Part shown: positions 21,899 to 23,203 of the stretch, piece after piece
Position numbering within the stretch: position 1 is the stretch's first letter
Layout: the number at the start of each line of letters is the position of its first letter
From: Thermoplasmatota archaeon
Lineage (GTDB): Archaea > Thermoplasmatota > Thermoplasmata > GCA-020350865 > JAUVCJ01
NCBI GenBank assembly: GCA_030595765.1
Contig: JAUVCJ010000010.1
Location: forward strand, 1 to 23,203
Reading direction: 5' to 3'
Length of the DNA stretch: 23,203 bases
Position numbers and translations under genes: made by a program
Notes under the pieces: generated by a model
What the model was told of the DNA's origin: nothing
What the model saw: only the letters and a program-made list of their open reading frames with translations
The model's database searches: none

Positions 21899-23203
21899 AT
21901 GGGTTCAGGTTATTTCCTAAAAAAAGCCGTTTATCAGAGGCTTACGATAGTTTTCGCCATCATGCTCCTTTTTGGGGCCATTCCGTATACAGGTGGAGAC
22001 GATAAAACGCTAAACCGTGAAATTGATCCTGTCACAGTTTCCCTGCACTCAGACATGGCACAGATCATGGCGCAGAAAGACTCGCATAAGGACTCCCCTG
22101 CGATATTGCAGGATACTCAGGTTCGTCTCGATGAATTGACAACTGTGGAACAGGAACCTGCGGCTCAAATAGTTAAGGGTGTTGATTTTCAGGTACAGAC
22201 CGATTCTGCTATTGCGCCGCCTGGGCTTGCAGTATTAGAAAGCATTCTCAACAGACAATCCACTGAAGAACCGTTCACTCCCAATGACATCATAGATTTT
22301 GTTGTCAATCAACCCCTGAACTACTGGATGCATACCAATTACACCACCAATACGGAATCCCTCCTGTCATTCGAGAAGGGCAACATAAGGCCGACCCTTA
22401 TAAATCCAACTAACCTGGATATGTGGGTAGACGTGGATGTGGATAAAACAGGCACCACTGACATAAGCGGTATATTTCGCCCGTTAGCATCCTTGGAGCA
22501 AATAAATATTGAGCTCCCACCGACCGCAGATGTTGAGGGCGGGCTAGAAGCTGCAATAGAGAGGCGAAACACCGCTCCCTTCGAGCATTCTTCATTCAAT
22601 AGCCTATCAACTCATTTCATCAAATCTTTTTCCTATAACGACAATAATTTTCTTCTCACTTTGGGATTCGGGATGACTGATGTTCCTGACAATTTCAAGC
22701 TGTCATTGCAGGCTGACAGAATCGTGGTAGGCAATCTTTTCGGTGATCTTGCAAAGGGTATAATAGATAACGGCACACTTTCGGATATCTATGGTCCTCT
22801 TTGGGTAGACTGGTCATCCGGCGAGGGCATTCCAGGCTCTCTGGAGATATACATTTCAATGATACAGGTAGAATGGAACGCGACTGGGGTTTACACCCTA
22901 GGAGAACGGTCATGGATGGAGATAAAGTTCGATTGCCGGGACGATGAGACCACTGTTCCGATCGATGCCAAGCTTACACTGGATGTTGAGAGCACAACAG
23001 CCCCCATCGACGGCTTCAGCTGGGAGGGTGGAGTAACATCAGACATGTCTCTGAAATTCGTGGAGTTAAAAGAGGACATCACATACGCAATTACCAAGCT
23101 TGGAGGCCTTCCCTCAAGCATTGATGTAACCATGAAGGAAGTTCAGGAAGGTAGCCTCAACATTAGCCAGATCAATTTCAATGCCAGCTCTTCCATGGAG
23201 TAT
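21899..23203 (+). CDS. Secreted or surface protein of unknown function, 3'-partial (runs off the window). It is not in the supplied ORF track because it has no stop codon
   Basis: My own translation from the ATG at 21899 gives MGSGYFLKKAVYQRLTIVFAIMLLFGAIPYTGGDDKTLNREIDPVTVSLHSD... and stays open for 435 codons to 23203. It has an N-terminal signal anchor. The minus-strand ORFs listed across this region are short shadow ORFs. An AAAGATTAATGA TATA-like box is centred about 27-30 nt upstream. Confidence 0.6.
   Translation, partial: MGSGYFLKKAVYQRLTIVFAIMLLFGAIPYTGGDDKTLNREIDPVTVSLHSDMAQIMAQKDSHKDSPAILQDTQVRLDELTTVEQEPAAQIVKGVDFQVQTDSAIAPPGLAVLESILNRQSTEEPFTPNDIIDFVVNQPLNYWMHTNYTTNTESLLSFEKGNIRPTLINPTNLDMWVDVDVDKTGTTDISGIFRPLASLEQINIELPPTADVEGGLEAAIERRNTAPFEHSSFNSLSTHFIKSFSYNDNNFLLTLGFGMTDVPDNFKLSLQADRIVVGNLFGDLAKGIIDNGTLSDIYGPLWVDWSSGEGIPGSLEIYISMIQVEWNATGVYTLGERSWMEIKFDCRDDETTVPIDAKLTLDVESTTAPIDGFSWEGGVTSDMSLKFVELKEDITYAITKLGGLPSSIDVTMKEVQEGSLNISQINFNASSSMEY

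Overview
This window is a 23.2-kb archaeal chromosomal segment. The archaeal assignment rests on CDP-archaeol synthase, an Hjc-type resolvase, the conserved archaeal HTH regulator family, and BRE/TATA boxes centred about 27 nt upstream of start codons, which implies leaderless mRNAs. All homology calls were made by eye and from recalled sequences, because no searches could be run.

Gene content, left to right:
- An AT-rich IS1182/IS5-like insertion sequence with 16-bp perfect terminal inverted repeats.
- A membrane-anchored clostripain-like (C11) peptidase with a repeat-bearing cytoplasmic tail.
- pyrE, then a 44-aa four-CxxC zinc-ribbon ORF that is absent from the ORF track, then carS.
- A small hypothetical protein.
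- A TraB-like protein with a roughly 105-aa acidic insert.
- The archaeal HTH regulator.
- A zinc-ribbon, CarboxypepD_reg-like membrane protein.
- A large anchored subtilisin (S8) protease.
- A TM-anchored protein with multiple zinc ribbons.
- A tightly coupled three-gene operon described below.
- rlmE, hjc, and an ~830-aa coiled-coil protein.
- An untracked secreted or surface ORF that is open at its 3' end.

Most notable feature: the minus-strand operon at 13813-16497. It encodes a UFC1-like E2, a UBA5-like E1 and a JAMM/MPN+ isopeptidase. This looks like a UFM1-type conjugation module joined to a metalloprotease, and no ubiquitin-like gene is visible nearby.

The intergenic regions are unusually rich in phased short tandem arrays:
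- 12-nt CTGATG units, 7 copies.
- 24-nt units, 6 copies.
- 16-nt units, 5 copies.
- A 166-nt tract that is about 95% pyrimidine, lying between the E2 operon promoter and the rlmE promoter.

No rRNA, tRNA or CRISPR array was found.
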